Source: a virus
Lineage: Duplodnaviria > Caudoviricetes
IMG/VR virus record: IMGVR_UViG_3300037478_000309
Location: 1-45,014 of that record
Length of the DNA: 45,014 bases
Direction: 5' to 3' (one strand)
In this document: piece by piece, positions 1-7,971 of the stretch
Layout: each line of letters opens with the position of its first letter
Numbering within the stretch: position 1 is the first letter of the stretch
Program-made: the position numbers and the translations under genes
The notes under the pieces: generated by a model
What the model was told of the DNA's origin: nothing
The model's database searches: none
What the model saw: the letters and a program-made list of their open reading frames with translations, nothing else

Positions 1-19
1 ATTCCAGTTCATCAAAGGT

Positions 20-145
20 CTTTGATGAACTGGAATGTCTGGTCGCTCATGACTTCCTCCACTCCCATTGATTGCGGCACGTCGGCTCCAGACACTGCCA
101 CTCGGTATGCGTCGCCGACCACTTCAACTCCATCACCGTCTCGCC
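20..145. repeat. 126-bp direct terminal repeat, copy 1 (circular overlap)
   Basis: Identical to 44889-45014 (ctttgatgaac...accgtctcgcc); the minus-strand gene train continues across the junction. Confidence 0.95.
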
Positions 146-337
146 GCACTTTGGGCAGCGCGTGGAAGGCTCTGGCACCCACGCATCCACCCACGCCTCC
201 TTGCGCCAGTACGCCTCGCGCTCCTGCGGCGTCATGGCATCCAGACGGTTGAGATGGTCCCGGGCGGCTGAGTCGTAGTGGGCTTGAGCGCATACCGCAT
301 CACACTCGTGAGATTCTCTGTTGTCGCTTCTGCTCAC
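47..337 (-). CDS. Hypothetical protein with C-terminal zinc ribbon
   Basis: 96 aa; CPKC...CLEPTC; stop overlaps the next ATG across the circular junction. Confidence 0.65.
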   Translation of the reverse strand: MSRSDNRESHECDAVCAQAHYDSAARDHLNRLDAMTPQEREAYWRKEAWVDAWVPEPSTRCPKCGETVMELKWSATHTEWQCLEPTCRNQWEWRKS

Positions 338-794
338 GACTCACCATCCGCCACATCAGATCCAGGTGTTGCAACGTCATACGCTGTGCAACCTCGCGTG
401 ACCCGCAAAGCAGGAATGGCACCCGATAGCGCGCTTGCCAACTCAATATAGAGTTCTGCGCGACCGTAGGCGGCACCAGACTTCTGTGTTCGATGCCACC
501 GCTCACATATGTGAAAGGCACCAGTAAGTCGCTTATGTTGCACTCTATGACCACAAGAGGGTATAGGCAATCCGATAACCGCCCTAAGCAATCCTCGAAT
601 CGCCGCCTGCCGCGAGTCAGGCACCCATACATGTCTGGCAGACTTTTCCTCTCGACTACCGCCTGCGGTAGCTCCACCAGACTGTAATCTCCTGTGGGTA
701 GCCCGACTCGCTGACACTTCAACCCCTCCCACTCGTATGGACGCTGCTCACGAGTGTCTATGGCAATCGTGTAGGGCTTGCTAGGCGGCGGCAC
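300..794 (-). CDS. ERCC4/XPF-family structure-specific nuclease
   Basis: IDTREQ, LPTGDY and VERKSLPD match the ERCC4 GDxnERKx3D signature. Confidence 0.9.
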   Translation of the reverse strand: MPPPSKPYTIAIDTREQRPYEWEGLKCQRVGLPTGDYSLVELPQAVVERKSLPDMYGCLTRGRRRFEDCLGRLSDCLYPLVVIECNISDLLVPFTYVSGGIEHRSLVPPTVAQNSILSWQARYRVPFLLCGSREVAQRMTLQHLDLMWRMVSREQKRQQRISRV

Positions 795-1206
795 TCAGCT
801 TCCTGAATCGCTTCGCCTCCGTATAGCCCCGATCGTTCTGGCCGCACATCACGTCAACTGTCAGGTTGGTTTCGTAGGCATTGAGTGCGCTGGCGATTGC
901 ACGCGGATTCGGTGCAGGGTATTCAGCTTCACCGAGTCCGGCTGCCTTCCACAACTCCTTCAATCGCCCGAATGTGATCTGATTCGCCTTCTTCTCACCG
1001 TCAGTCTCAGGCTTGGTGAAGATGTTCTGGCTCATGTCGGCGCGGATGCCGTCGCCATTCGAGAACTCCAGACGCAGCCAGATGCGATTGGCCTTCGGCT
1101 CCATGTTGAACTTCTTGAGTGTGAGCGGATGCCAGCCACTCACCTCTGCCGGGTACTCGCCGCCTTCGACCCAATCAGGTAGATCGTTGACTTCCGTGCC
1201 CATCAT
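781..1206 (-). CDS. Putative single-stranded DNA-binding protein (DUF669-like)
   Basis: 141 aa with GEYPAEV start; lies between a Sak4-like ATPase and a nuclease, the usual SSB position. Confidence 0.55.
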   Translation of the reverse strand: MMGTEVNDLPDWVEGGEYPAEVSGWHPLTLKKFNMEPKANRIWLRLEFSNGDGIRADMSQNIFTKPETDGEKKANQITFGRLKELWKAAGLGEAEYPAPNPRAIASALNAYETNLTVDVMCGQNDRGYTEAKRFRKLSAAA

Positions 1207-1940
1207 CGGCCTCCTGCGGCCTGAGCCGCCTGTTTCATGGCCGCTTGTGCAGCCACGTCTTCGCTTTCCGAATCGCCATTCGCTATCACAGCAGGGCTCT
1301 CGCCAATCAACGCCAGCAGTTGCGGGTACATCAGGTGAGACTGCTCACGCGGTATCTCAATGGCGCGTGGCAGCAGCGGCTTCCAATCGCGCTGCGGACG
1401 ACATTTCACTGTCTCGAATCGTCGGGTGTCAGCCCGGACATTCCACGTCATGCGCAGATGCACATCCAGCAGGTCGTTAAGCATGGCCTCAGAATCAGCT
1501 TTGAGGCCCATCTTCTCCACCTGCTTATCCTCCCCCTGCTTCAAATCCTCCTTCGTGTGAGCCGTCAGGCAAATGTGCTTGCCAGCCTTCTTGGCACGCA
1601 TCAGCGGGTCATACAGTTTCTTGATGCTCATCTTGGCTGGACCCCACGCCCTGAATGTGTTGCCGCCGCCGTCAATCACCTGCATGGCGACCTGCTGCCA
1701 GAAGTAGGCCCACACATCCACGGCAATACTCGCTATCTTGGGGTTGTCAGACCATTGGGTGAGTAGGCGCTTGGCTCCCTGAATGTCCCGCTGTGACTCG
1801 TAATACTCGAAGTGTTCACGCAGCCAGCGACTCCCATCAACATCCGTATCTAGGATTGCCCTGGGTCCAGGCATCCCGCAGAGCACGGTTGTCTTGCCGC
1901 AGCCAGCCACTCCGTCAATCAGGATGATTGTCCCGCTCAT
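1203..1940 (-). CDS. AAA_24 / Sak4-like ATPase (ssDNA-annealing recombinase)
   Basis: Walker A GVAGCGKTT, Walker B IAVD, LTAH motif; GGGAGGA RBS before ATG 1940. Confidence 0.8.
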   Translation of the reverse strand: MSGTIILIDGVAGCGKTTVLCGMPGPRAILDTDVDGSRWLREHFEYYESQRDIQGAKRLLTQWSDNPKIASIAVDVWAYFWQQVAMQVIDGGGNTFRAWGPAKMSIKKLYDPLMRAKKAGKHICLTAHTKEDLKQGEDKQVEKMGLKADSEAMLNDLLDVHLRMTWNVRADTRRFETVKCRPQRDWKPLLPRAIEIPREQSHLMYPQLLALIGESPAVIANGDSESEDVAAQAAMKQAAQAAGGR

Positions 1941-1960
1941 TGAGTTTTCCTCCCGCACTC

Positions 1961-1989
1961 AGTATGGTGTCATCGCCGCTGCGTGTCAA
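1961..1989 (-). promoter_or_regulatory. Sigma70-type early promoter
   Basis: TTGACA-17 nt-CATACT on minus strand, followed directly by CGGGAGGA RBS. Confidence 0.75.
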
Positions 1990-2318
1990 CTGTTATTTGC
2001 TGGCAATCCACAATCAACATTCTCCGCCGCATCCACCGCCGTCACCCGCATCAGCACCACCCCGCCGGGCTCCGGGTCGGGCGGCTCCCACGGCAGGCAC
2101 GGGTCGGCGTCGAAGGCGGTCTGCACCCAGTCCGTCGAAGCGTAGATAGGGCAGCCGCCGTACTCCGCCACTGGCTGGCCCTCTTCGTCATACCCGCACG
2201 GCTGCGTGCCGATGACGTAGACCGAGGCGACCTCGTGGTGATAGCGCACGTCCCACTCGATGCCGCCGGCGCAGTCGAGTAGCACGGGCGCCCAGCAGAG
2301 GGCGGCGATTAGCAGCAT
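1986..2318 (-). CDS. Putative exported Cys-containing protein with FN3-like terminal strand
   Basis: Hydrophobic N-terminus MLLIAALCWAPVLL; C-terminal MRVTAVDAAEN; start uncertain (2318 or 2357). Confidence 0.5.
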   Translation of the reverse strand: MLLIAALCWAPVLLDCAGGIEWDVRYHHEVASVYVIGTQPCGYDEEGQPVAEYGGCPIYASTDWVQTAFDADPCLPWEPPDPEPGGVVLMRVTAVDAAENVDCGLPANNS

Positions 2319-2415
2319 GCGGAGCCATCTCTGCCCGTACCACCGCACCGGGGGCATATCTCATCGCCAATGGTCTGAGAGCCCCCACACTTCCTGCACT
2401 TCTTCTCTGCGTGAG

Positions 2416-3054
2416 TCACCGAGGACACCAGCCGCAGCGAATCCCCCCCGGGTGGACATGCTTCATTAGAATGTCTATCTTGAAGGCGCGCAGGCTCTTG
2501 ACCTCGTCAATCGCATGGGGCACGCAGCCCTTGCCATGTACTCCGCACTCGAACAGATCCAGCAGCCGGTTGCGCTCGGCTAGGAGCGTGTCGTCCACGG
2601 CAATTTCCGCCCGCGCCTCGTCCCGCTCCCTCACAATCACCCTGACGGCCTCTCCGAATCCCGCCTCGACTGGCACCGGATTGCCGGAGTCCACGAGCGC
2701 ACCGGAGACGAGGTTGAGGGCCACCTGGAGGCGGTCGCGCTCCCTCTCCAGCTTCTCGATCCGCGCGCGGTCCCCGATGCCATGCTCCTGGGCGCGCTGG
2801 CGGGCGGCGATCTCATTGGCGATGCGGGCTTCGGCTTCCTGGGCTGCGTCGGCCATGGCGAAGACGCACTGGTCCAGTTCCTCGCGCACCTTGAGGTAGT
2901 CTGAAAGCCATTCACGGCGCTGAGGACTGTTCCCGAGCAAGCGCGCAACCTTTGCGAGCCTATCGCTGGAAACTATAGCCGCCCGTTTCAACTCCTCCAC
3001 CGATTTCATCTCCCTCCGCAGATCATCCACCGTCTTGCGCTGCGGGGCGGTCAC
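2416..3054 (-). CDS. Hypothetical coiled-coil protein
   Basis: 212 aa charged helical ORF in a coupled gene train. Confidence 0.65.
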   Translation of the reverse strand: MTAPQRKTVDDLRREMKSVEELKRAAIVSSDRLAKVARLLGNSPQRREWLSDYLKVREELDQCVFAMADAAQEAEARIANEIAARQRAQEHGIGDRARIEKLERERDRLQVALNLVSGALVDSGNPVPVEAGFGEAVRVIVRERDEARAEIAVDDTLLAERNRLLDLFECGVHGKGCVPHAIDEVKSLRAFKIDILMKHVHPGGIRCGWCPR

Positions 3055-3305
3055 TTGTCACGCAGGGGAAGGGCGCGGATGGCTCGCTGCGCCGACTTCT
3101 CAATAAAGCACCAGGCCGCCGCCTCCCGCATCTCCTCCTGCCCCCGGCGGAATGCAGCGGCGAGGTCGCGGGCGTGGGCCTCGTGTACCTTCTCGGTTGC
3201 CGCCACTATCGGCCCCCATAACCGCTCGCTCTCAGGTAGATGCTCCAGCAGATTGTCCATGGCGGCATCAAACGTCATCGTCTCCGGCTTCCCGGCGGCG
3301 CTCAT
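3051..3305 (-). CDS. Hypothetical protein
   Basis: Start and stop overlap both neighbours. Confidence 0.6.
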   Translation of the reverse strand: MSAAGKPETMTFDAAMDNLLEHLPESERLWGPIVAATEKVHEAHARDLAAAFRRGQEEMREAAAWCFIEKSAQRAIRALPLRDK

Positions 3306-3523
3306 AGGCCACACGCCTTGAGCAGCGGAGCAACGCATTCCGCCAGATGCTCAGTCTTCGCGTCCATCTGCGTGCCGCACGGATAGTGGCCGCCGCACGC
3401 TTGAGCCGCGAACGCCTCGACGGCCTGGCGCAGCATTCTGGCGCATTGGGCTGGAGCGCCGCTGGCGTCGGTGTGACGCAGAATCATCGACATCGCCTCC
3501 ACAAACCTCTCTCGTGCCGTCAT
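3302..3523 (-). CDS. Hypothetical protein
   Basis: MTARERF start with AGGAG RBS and ATGA overlap. Confidence 0.55.
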   Translation of the reverse strand: MTARERFVEAMSMILRHTDASGAPAQCARMLRQAVEAFAAQACGGHYPCGTQMDAKTEHLAECVAPLLKACGL

Positions 3524-3708
3524 CTCCTGCTCCTCTGCCAGTCCCACCCCGGCCCGGCTGCGTTCTTGCCGCCGGCATGGTCGGCGTAGCGCGTTGGGTC
3601 GGGCTTGTTGGACTCGTCCATTACCAGCGTATGCCTCCCCAGATGCCCCGCGGGCTCGACGCAGACGCTGCCTGGCTCGCGGTAGTCGCACATCGGCTCA
3701 GTCGCCAT
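3520..3708 (-). CDS. Small hypothetical protein with CDxR..C..AGHLGxH motif
   Basis: GGAGGGGGAG RBS; motif shared with 4178-4489. Confidence 0.55.
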   Translation of the reverse strand: MATEPMCDYREPGSVCVEPAGHLGRHTLVMDESNKPDPTRYADHAGGKNAAGPGWDWQRSRR

Positions 3709-3983
3709 CGCTCCCCCTCCTTCTGCGGCTGGTCGTGCCACTCGTTTGGACAAGCCCGGTGCTCCTCCATCACCCTGCACAGGCAACCGCGATGTTCACG
3801 ACTGCGGCTAAAACATTGTGGGCAGTACCTCTCCCCCTCACTCGTCCGGTCGTGCCATGAGTCGTGCGTCTCGATATCCTTGGGCAGCACCCACCTGCCG
3901 CACTCGGTACACATCAGCCAGTCGATGCCGCCGCTGAGCCATGGACCTGTGTACCTCTCGCGCTCCCTGCGTGCGTCAGCCAC
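3621..3983 (-). CDS. Cys-rich hypothetical protein
   Basis: GTG start VADARR; CTEC, CPQC, CLC motifs; overlaps the downstream gene by 88 nt. Confidence 0.45.
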   Translation of the reverse strand: MADARRERERYTGPWLSGGIDWLMCTECGRWVLPKDIETHDSWHDRTSEGERYCPQCFSRSREHRGCLCRVMEEHRACPNEWHDQPQKEGERWRLSRCATTASQAASASSPRGIWGGIRW

Positions 3984-4185
3984 GGCGCACCAGATACCGC
4001 GAGCCGCTGAGCCGCAGCCAGCCGAAGCATTTTCCGTGCGCGTGATAGTCACAGACGCTCGGGTTGCCGCGACAAGTGATCGCTGGCCCGATGATCCGAT
4101 AGCCCCGCCAGTTGTCAGCCTCGTGCAGGTGGACCCAGGCGGTCAGGCTCACGCGCCTGTCTCGCTTCTTGCGTGCGTCAGCCAC
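3976..4185 (-). CDS. Hypothetical protein
   Basis: GTG start VADARK after GAGGAG RBS. Confidence 0.5.
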   Translation of the reverse strand: MADARKKRDRRVSLTAWVHLHEADNWRGYRIIGPAITCRGNPSVCDYHAHGKCFGWLRLSGSRYLVRRG

Positions 4186-4489
4186 GATGCTCCTCCCTCT
4201 CCGCGACATCCGCCTCGCACATCGCGCACACCCGCCGCCCCTGTCCCTCGATGGAGTCGCCGCAATGCTGGCACCAGCGCAGCGGGGGCAGGGGGGCGAG
4301 CGTGAGTAAGTGCCATAGGTGCGGACCCTTCGCGCTGCTCAGTCCCTTGCAGCAGCGGGCGAGGTACATGTCACGCCTAAAGCTGGCGCACTCCGGGCAG
4401 GTGTCGCTCTGCACCGTCGTGTGATGCCCCAGATGCCCCGCCTCGCTGATGCACTCGTTGTCGCCGGAGCGGAAGTCGCAGCGTGTCAT
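4178..4489 (-). CDS. Cys/His-rich hypothetical protein
   Basis: MTRCDFR...AGHLGHH, CPEC, CQHC, CAMC; ATGA overlap. Confidence 0.55.
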   Translation of the reverse strand: MTRCDFRSGDNECISEAGHLGHHTTVQSDTCPECASFRRDMYLARCCKGLSSAKGPHLWHLLTLAPLPPLRWCQHCGDSIEGQGRRVCAMCEADVAEREEHRG

Positions 4490-4935
4490 GGCTTCTCCCC
4501 TTCGGCCTGAGACTCGATGGCGGACTCGATTCGGTGAATCATCAGACGCAGATCGTCGCAGCCATAGTTCTCGCAGAACGTCGGCGCGCTGTGGCCGTGA
4601 CACTCCACAAGCATGCTCTTGCTGATAATCTCCGCCGCCCGCTTGAATCCTCCCGCGCGGCCCTCTCGACGATAGACCTCCTCTTGCTCGGCCGTATTGG
4701 CAGCAAGGCCCATGCGAGAGCGCCATGTCTGACGGGCCGCGGCAATCGCTTGCTCTGTGACCTCCGCCGCCCGTTGCAGGCCGCGAGATTCACCGATGGC
4801 AAAGGCGGCCTTAGCCAACTTCAATGAGTAGCGAATAGTCTCTGGACCTGGAGTATCCGTTGTAGCTCCAAGGTCCTTAGCTATCTCAAACATCATCTTG
4901 CGAATCTCCTCATAGGTAAGCCGCTCGGCGCTCAT
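4486..4935 (-). CDS. Hypothetical protein
   Basis: 149 aa, ATGA-coupled. Confidence 0.6.
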   Translation of the reverse strand: MSAERLTYEEIRKMMFEIAKDLGATTDTPGPETIRYSLKLAKAAFAIGESRGLQRAAEVTEQAIAAARQTWRSRMGLAANTAEQEEVYRREGRAGGFKRAAEIISKSMLVECHGHSAPTFCENYGCDDLRLMIHRIESAIESQAEGEKP

Positions 4936-5156
4936 GGAGTCACCGTCGGCAACCAGGACGGGGGAGCGCAGAGAGGATCATCGTAACCGTCTGGATCGCG
5001 GCAGAGGCATCCAGCGGTGTGCCCCCTCTCCGCAATCACCGCCCGGATGAAGGCATCGAATCTCACCTCTATGTCCAGGCACACGAGTGTTGGTGCTTCA
5101 AGCCGCAGGGCGGTGAGAGCGCGGCGCATTTCTCTATACGCCTTCTCTGCGTTCAC
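4932..5156 (-). CDS. Hypothetical protein, distant member of the AExAY...DAxIRAV family
   Basis: AEKAYRE and DAFIRAV resemble 5153-5482 and 6614-6916. Confidence 0.55.
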   Translation of the reverse strand: MNAEKAYREMRRALTALRLEAPTLVCLDIEVRFDAFIRAVIAERGHTAGCLCRDPDGYDDPLCAPPSWLPTVTP

Positions 5157-5482
5157 GGCTTCACCTGACTCTTGATGTTCGCCTCGATGATCTCGCTACA
5201 GCCGCAGTCACGCGCCTCAGCCCGTACCCATTCGATGCATTCGGCCTTCACCGCCCGGATGCAGGCATCTAGGGCGGCGTGTCGTGTGTAGCAGCGATCA
5301 TCGGCTCCGTGTATGCCGGGCCAGCGCATCCCATCGGACGCCCAGACGCAGATCAGTCGATGCGCCTCCCTATACGCCCGCTCGGCGCTCTGCGGCGGGC
5401 TCGGCAGGGTCGCCAGATTGACGTGCCTTTTGCCGCACCCCCCGTGGTATCCAATGAGATTGCATGTATCGGTGTCGCTCAT
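5153..5482 (-). CDS. Hypothetical protein, paralog of 6614-6916
   Basis: Shares PSPPQSAE and AALDACIRAVKxECIEWVxAEAxDCGCSExIExNIxSQVKP. Confidence 0.65.
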   Translation of the reverse strand: MSDTDTCNLIGYHGGCGKRHVNLATLPSPPQSAERAYREAHRLICVWASDGMRWPGIHGADDRCYTRHAALDACIRAVKAECIEWVRAEARDCGCSEIIEANIKSQVKP

Positions 5483-5505
5483 CTCGTCTCCCCCTGCTTG
5501 CTCGC
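5478..5505. repeat. 28-bp gene-junction direct repeat, copy 1
   Basis: ctcatctcgtctccccctgcttgctcgc identical at 7115-7142. Confidence 0.9.
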
Positions 5506-6405
5506 GGCGGTCAAGTGCCGGATCAATTGCTTGCCAATGAACTCGGTGTAGGCGGGGGGGATGGCTTGGGACAGTTCGTTCCCTGTCATCCAATCGATCC
5601 CCATCGCCTCGCGCCTTGCTGGCGTCGAGAATTGCTGCGTGCCGTCGCGGACGCTTCGGCCGCCAGCGTGACCCGTGACGGTCACGGATCGCCGCCTGTC
5701 GCGGCCGTGCCCACCGTAGACGCCGATCACGGCTCCGTTGTGGTGGCAGGGCGGTAGGAGGGCGAACAGGAATGGATCGGATTCAAAGAGGCGGTGTCGG
5801 CGCAATTCGGCATGCCCTTCGTCCGTGCGGAGCCCGAACATCGTCCCGCAAAGCGTGACGGAACCGACGAGCGGGGCCCCCGGAACATTCTCGATGACGT
5901 AGGGTCGGCCTGTTGCCTTGAGGGCGGCCCGCGTCGGCTCAACCAGATCGGGGTGCTCGCGGGCGTTCCACATCGCCTTGAGTGGCGAGTACGCCTGACA
6001 CGGCGGGCTCGCGTGGATGGCGTCGAACTCCCGCCCGTGCGCGGCGACGTACTCCAGGGCGTCACCGAGGACGAAACGGCAGCCGCCTGACGGGGTATAT
6101 CTAGGCTGAGGTTTGTGATCTATCCCGAGAACGCAGAATCCGGCACGGCGATATCCTTGTGCGGCACCGCCGGCCCCTGAAAACAGATCAAGAAGGGCGG
6201 GCCTTCCGCAGGGCTCTCCGCAGGCGGCGCACCTCGGCGCGAAGTCTACGGAGTTCTCTGGCCGGTTCTTTGGAGTGCTCTGAGTGAGTGAGCAGCCGCA
6301 GGTTGCCGGGGCGATTATCTGCTCGGTTCCCGTTGCGGTGGTGGACATGCTCCGTTGACGCGAGCGGTCGGCCAAGATGCTTGGCGAGGACGAGGCGATG
6401 TTCAT
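5479..6405 (-). CDS. DNA (cytosine-5) methyltransferase
   Basis: Motif I LDLFSGAGG, motif IV ASPPCQ, motif VI IENV; start uncertain, with the N-terminal ~70 codons overlapping the HNH frame. Confidence 0.85.
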   Translation of the reverse strand: MNIASSSPSILADRSRQRSMSTTATGTEQIIAPATCGCSLTQSTPKNRPENSVDFAPRCAACGEPCGRPALLDLFSGAGGAAQGYRRAGFCVLGIDHKPQPRYTPSGGCRFVLGDALEYVAAHGREFDAIHASPPCQAYSPLKAMWNAREHPDLVEPTRAALKATGRPYVIENVPGAPLVGSVTLCGTMFGLRTDEGHAELRRHRLFESDPFLFALLPPCHHNGAVIGVYGGHGRDRRRSVTVTGHAGGRSVRDGTQQFSTPARREAMGIDWMTGNELSQAIPPAYTEFIGKQLIRHLTAASKQGETR

Positions 6406-6422
6406 AGACATAGCCGTCCCGG
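6188..6422 (-). pseudogene. HNH endonuclease domain (HNH_3 type) lacking a convincing start
   Basis: DGYVYEHRLVLAKHLGRPLASTEHVHHRNGNRADNRPGNLRL; upstream codons are out-of-frame MTase sequence. Confidence 0.7.
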
Positions 6423-6617
6423 GAAACTGAACATCGTACACGGTGGCGCGGCCAAGACGCCATGCACATCTGATGGGGGCTGATAGGTCCGCACGTCCTG
6501 TTCTGGCAGCGTCACTAGGCGCACGTCATACCCGGCGTCGGCATACGGCTTGCTCCACGCGCCCGTCCCGCCGCAGAGGTCGAGGATGATCAGCCCCGCA
6601 CCCTTGCGCTCGGTCAT
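6402..6617 (-). pseudogene. Truncated C5-methyltransferase-like gene (N-terminal part only)
   Basis: ILDLCGGTGAWS (motif I) and AAPPCTMFS (motif IV), then a stop a few codons later. Confidence 0.7.
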
Positions 6618-6916
6618 GGCTTCACCTGACTCCTGATGTTGTGTTCGATGCGCTCGCTGCACCCGCAGTCCTGTGCCTCGGCCTTAACCCACTCGATACA
6701 TTCTTCCTTCACCGCGCGGATGCAGGCGTCGAGGGCGGCGATGACGACGTGGTATCTCGACTCCGACTCTTCCGGTGGCGCAAGCGAGTAATCGTGGAAA
6801 GCGTCGTGCATGGCCTTGTACGCCCCCTCTGCGCTCTGCGGCGGGCTCGGCGGGGTCATCGGCTCGTGATAGCCCGGCCTGCCGATCCACGGTCGGTCAT
6901 CATGCGGGTTGCTCAC
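6614..6916 (-). CDS. Hypothetical protein, paralog of 5153-5482
   Basis: Near-identical C-terminal 41 aa. Confidence 0.65.
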   Translation of the reverse strand: MSNPHDDRPWIGRPGYHEPMTPPSPPQSAEGAYKAMHDAFHDYSLAPPEESESRYHVVIAALDACIRAVKEECIEWVKAEAQDCGCSERIEHNIRSQVKP

Positions 6917-7119
6917 TGGACACGCTCAGCAGCAGCGCAGTACGTTACGGCCATAGGTGTATCTTCATAGACGGCCGCGACGTGCTTGAACTTCCAATCG
7001 TGAACGTAGATCAAAAGCCCATCCGGCGCAGTCCTTCGACGTGGCCGACAGAAACACCCCGGAGACGCCTTGTGCTTGTAGCCTGTCCTCCATGTCGGCA
7101 AAAGATGTAGAGGTCTCAT
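6913..7119 (-). CDS. Hypothetical protein
   Basis: 68 aa, H..SPGCFCRP motif, coupled junctions. Confidence 0.55.
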   Translation of the reverse strand: MRPLHLLPTWRTGYKHKASPGCFCRPRRRTAPDGLLIYVHDWKFKHVAAVYEDTPMAVTYCAAAERVQ

Positions 7120-7142
7120 CTCGTCTCCCCCTGCTTGCTCGC
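7115..7142. repeat. 28-bp gene-junction direct repeat, copy 2
   Basis: Identical to 5478-5505. Confidence 0.9.
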
Positions 7143-7301
7143 AGCGATTTCTGCCTCAACGAGGCGTGCAAATCGGACGTGCGGCCTGATGGACAGAGAA
7201 TTCAGCCACCGTTGCGCGTTCTCGTTGCGGGGATGCGGCACCCTGAGGTACTCCGCTCCGTAGGCGATGTGCCACAGTTCGTCAATCCGCCGGTCGCTCA
7301 C
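7116..7301 (-). CDS. Hypothetical protein
   Basis: GTG start; ends AASKQGETR like the C5 MTase. Confidence 0.5.
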   Translation of the reverse strand: MSDRRIDELWHIAYGAEYLRVPHPRNENAQRWLNSLSIRPHVRFARLVEAEIAASKQGETR

Positions 7302-7732
7302 GGCTTCCTCCCTGCGGCCCGGACGCGGGCCAGCCACGGGCGATATCGCTTTGCGAACCATTCGCCAATCTCCTGGGGTGCATCCAAGACTACAGAAAGT
7401 GGCGCGGTAGCAATCTCCGGCGCCTCGGCCAGCAGCCTCTCGGCGGACTCGGCGCGCTGCATCCATATTTGATTGCCGGTTTTGTATTCAGAGAGAATAC
7501 GCGCAGCTGCTTTTACGTCGCGCTCCAACTCCGCGACCTCCGCCGCGAGCGCGTGGCCGGGCCATAGACAGCGCGTATTCAACTCACGATATTCCGGGTA
7601 AGCACACGGACAATGCCCTGGTGACAGGCAGGAACCCTTGCCACGCCAACGCGGTGGGTTGGGTTCCAGAGCAATCGCCGCGCACGGACAGGCAGCCGCG
7701 ATCCTCTCGCTCAGCGCCTTCGCCTCGCTCAT
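7298..7732 (-). CDS. Cys-rich hypothetical protein
   Basis: MSEAKAL start, coupled to neighbours. Confidence 0.6.
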   Translation of the reverse strand: MSEAKALSERIAAACPCAAIALEPNPPRWRGKGSCLSPGHCPCAYPEYRELNTRCLWPGHALAAEVAELERDVKAAARILSEYKTGNQIWMQRAESAERLLAEAPEIATAPLSVVLDAPQEIGEWFAKRYRPWLARVRAAGRKP

Positions 7733-7971
7733 CGGGACACTCTGCACTTTGCTGCTTGTTCGATGAGCGCTCCAGTCTCACCGCGGGTTAGCCGTGCTCC
7801 CCAACCGGAGAAGCAGGAGATGATCGGGATGCCTGCGTCCGTGACAGCCCGCATTGCAGCCCGGCGCGGTAGTGCATCAAACCCATTGGGTAACACGGCG
7901 TCACTCGGCACCACGATCTTGCACTCCCACACCTTGAGCCGCTTCTTCCTCATCGTCGGCCGGGGCTTCAT
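7729..7971 (-). CDS. Hypothetical protein
   Basis: ATGA overlap at 7968-7971; CFSGWG motif. Confidence 0.55.
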   Translation of the reverse strand: MKPRPTMRKKRLKVWECKIVVPSDAVLPNGFDALPRRAAMRAVTDAGIPIISCFSGWGARLTRGETGALIEQAAKCRVSR

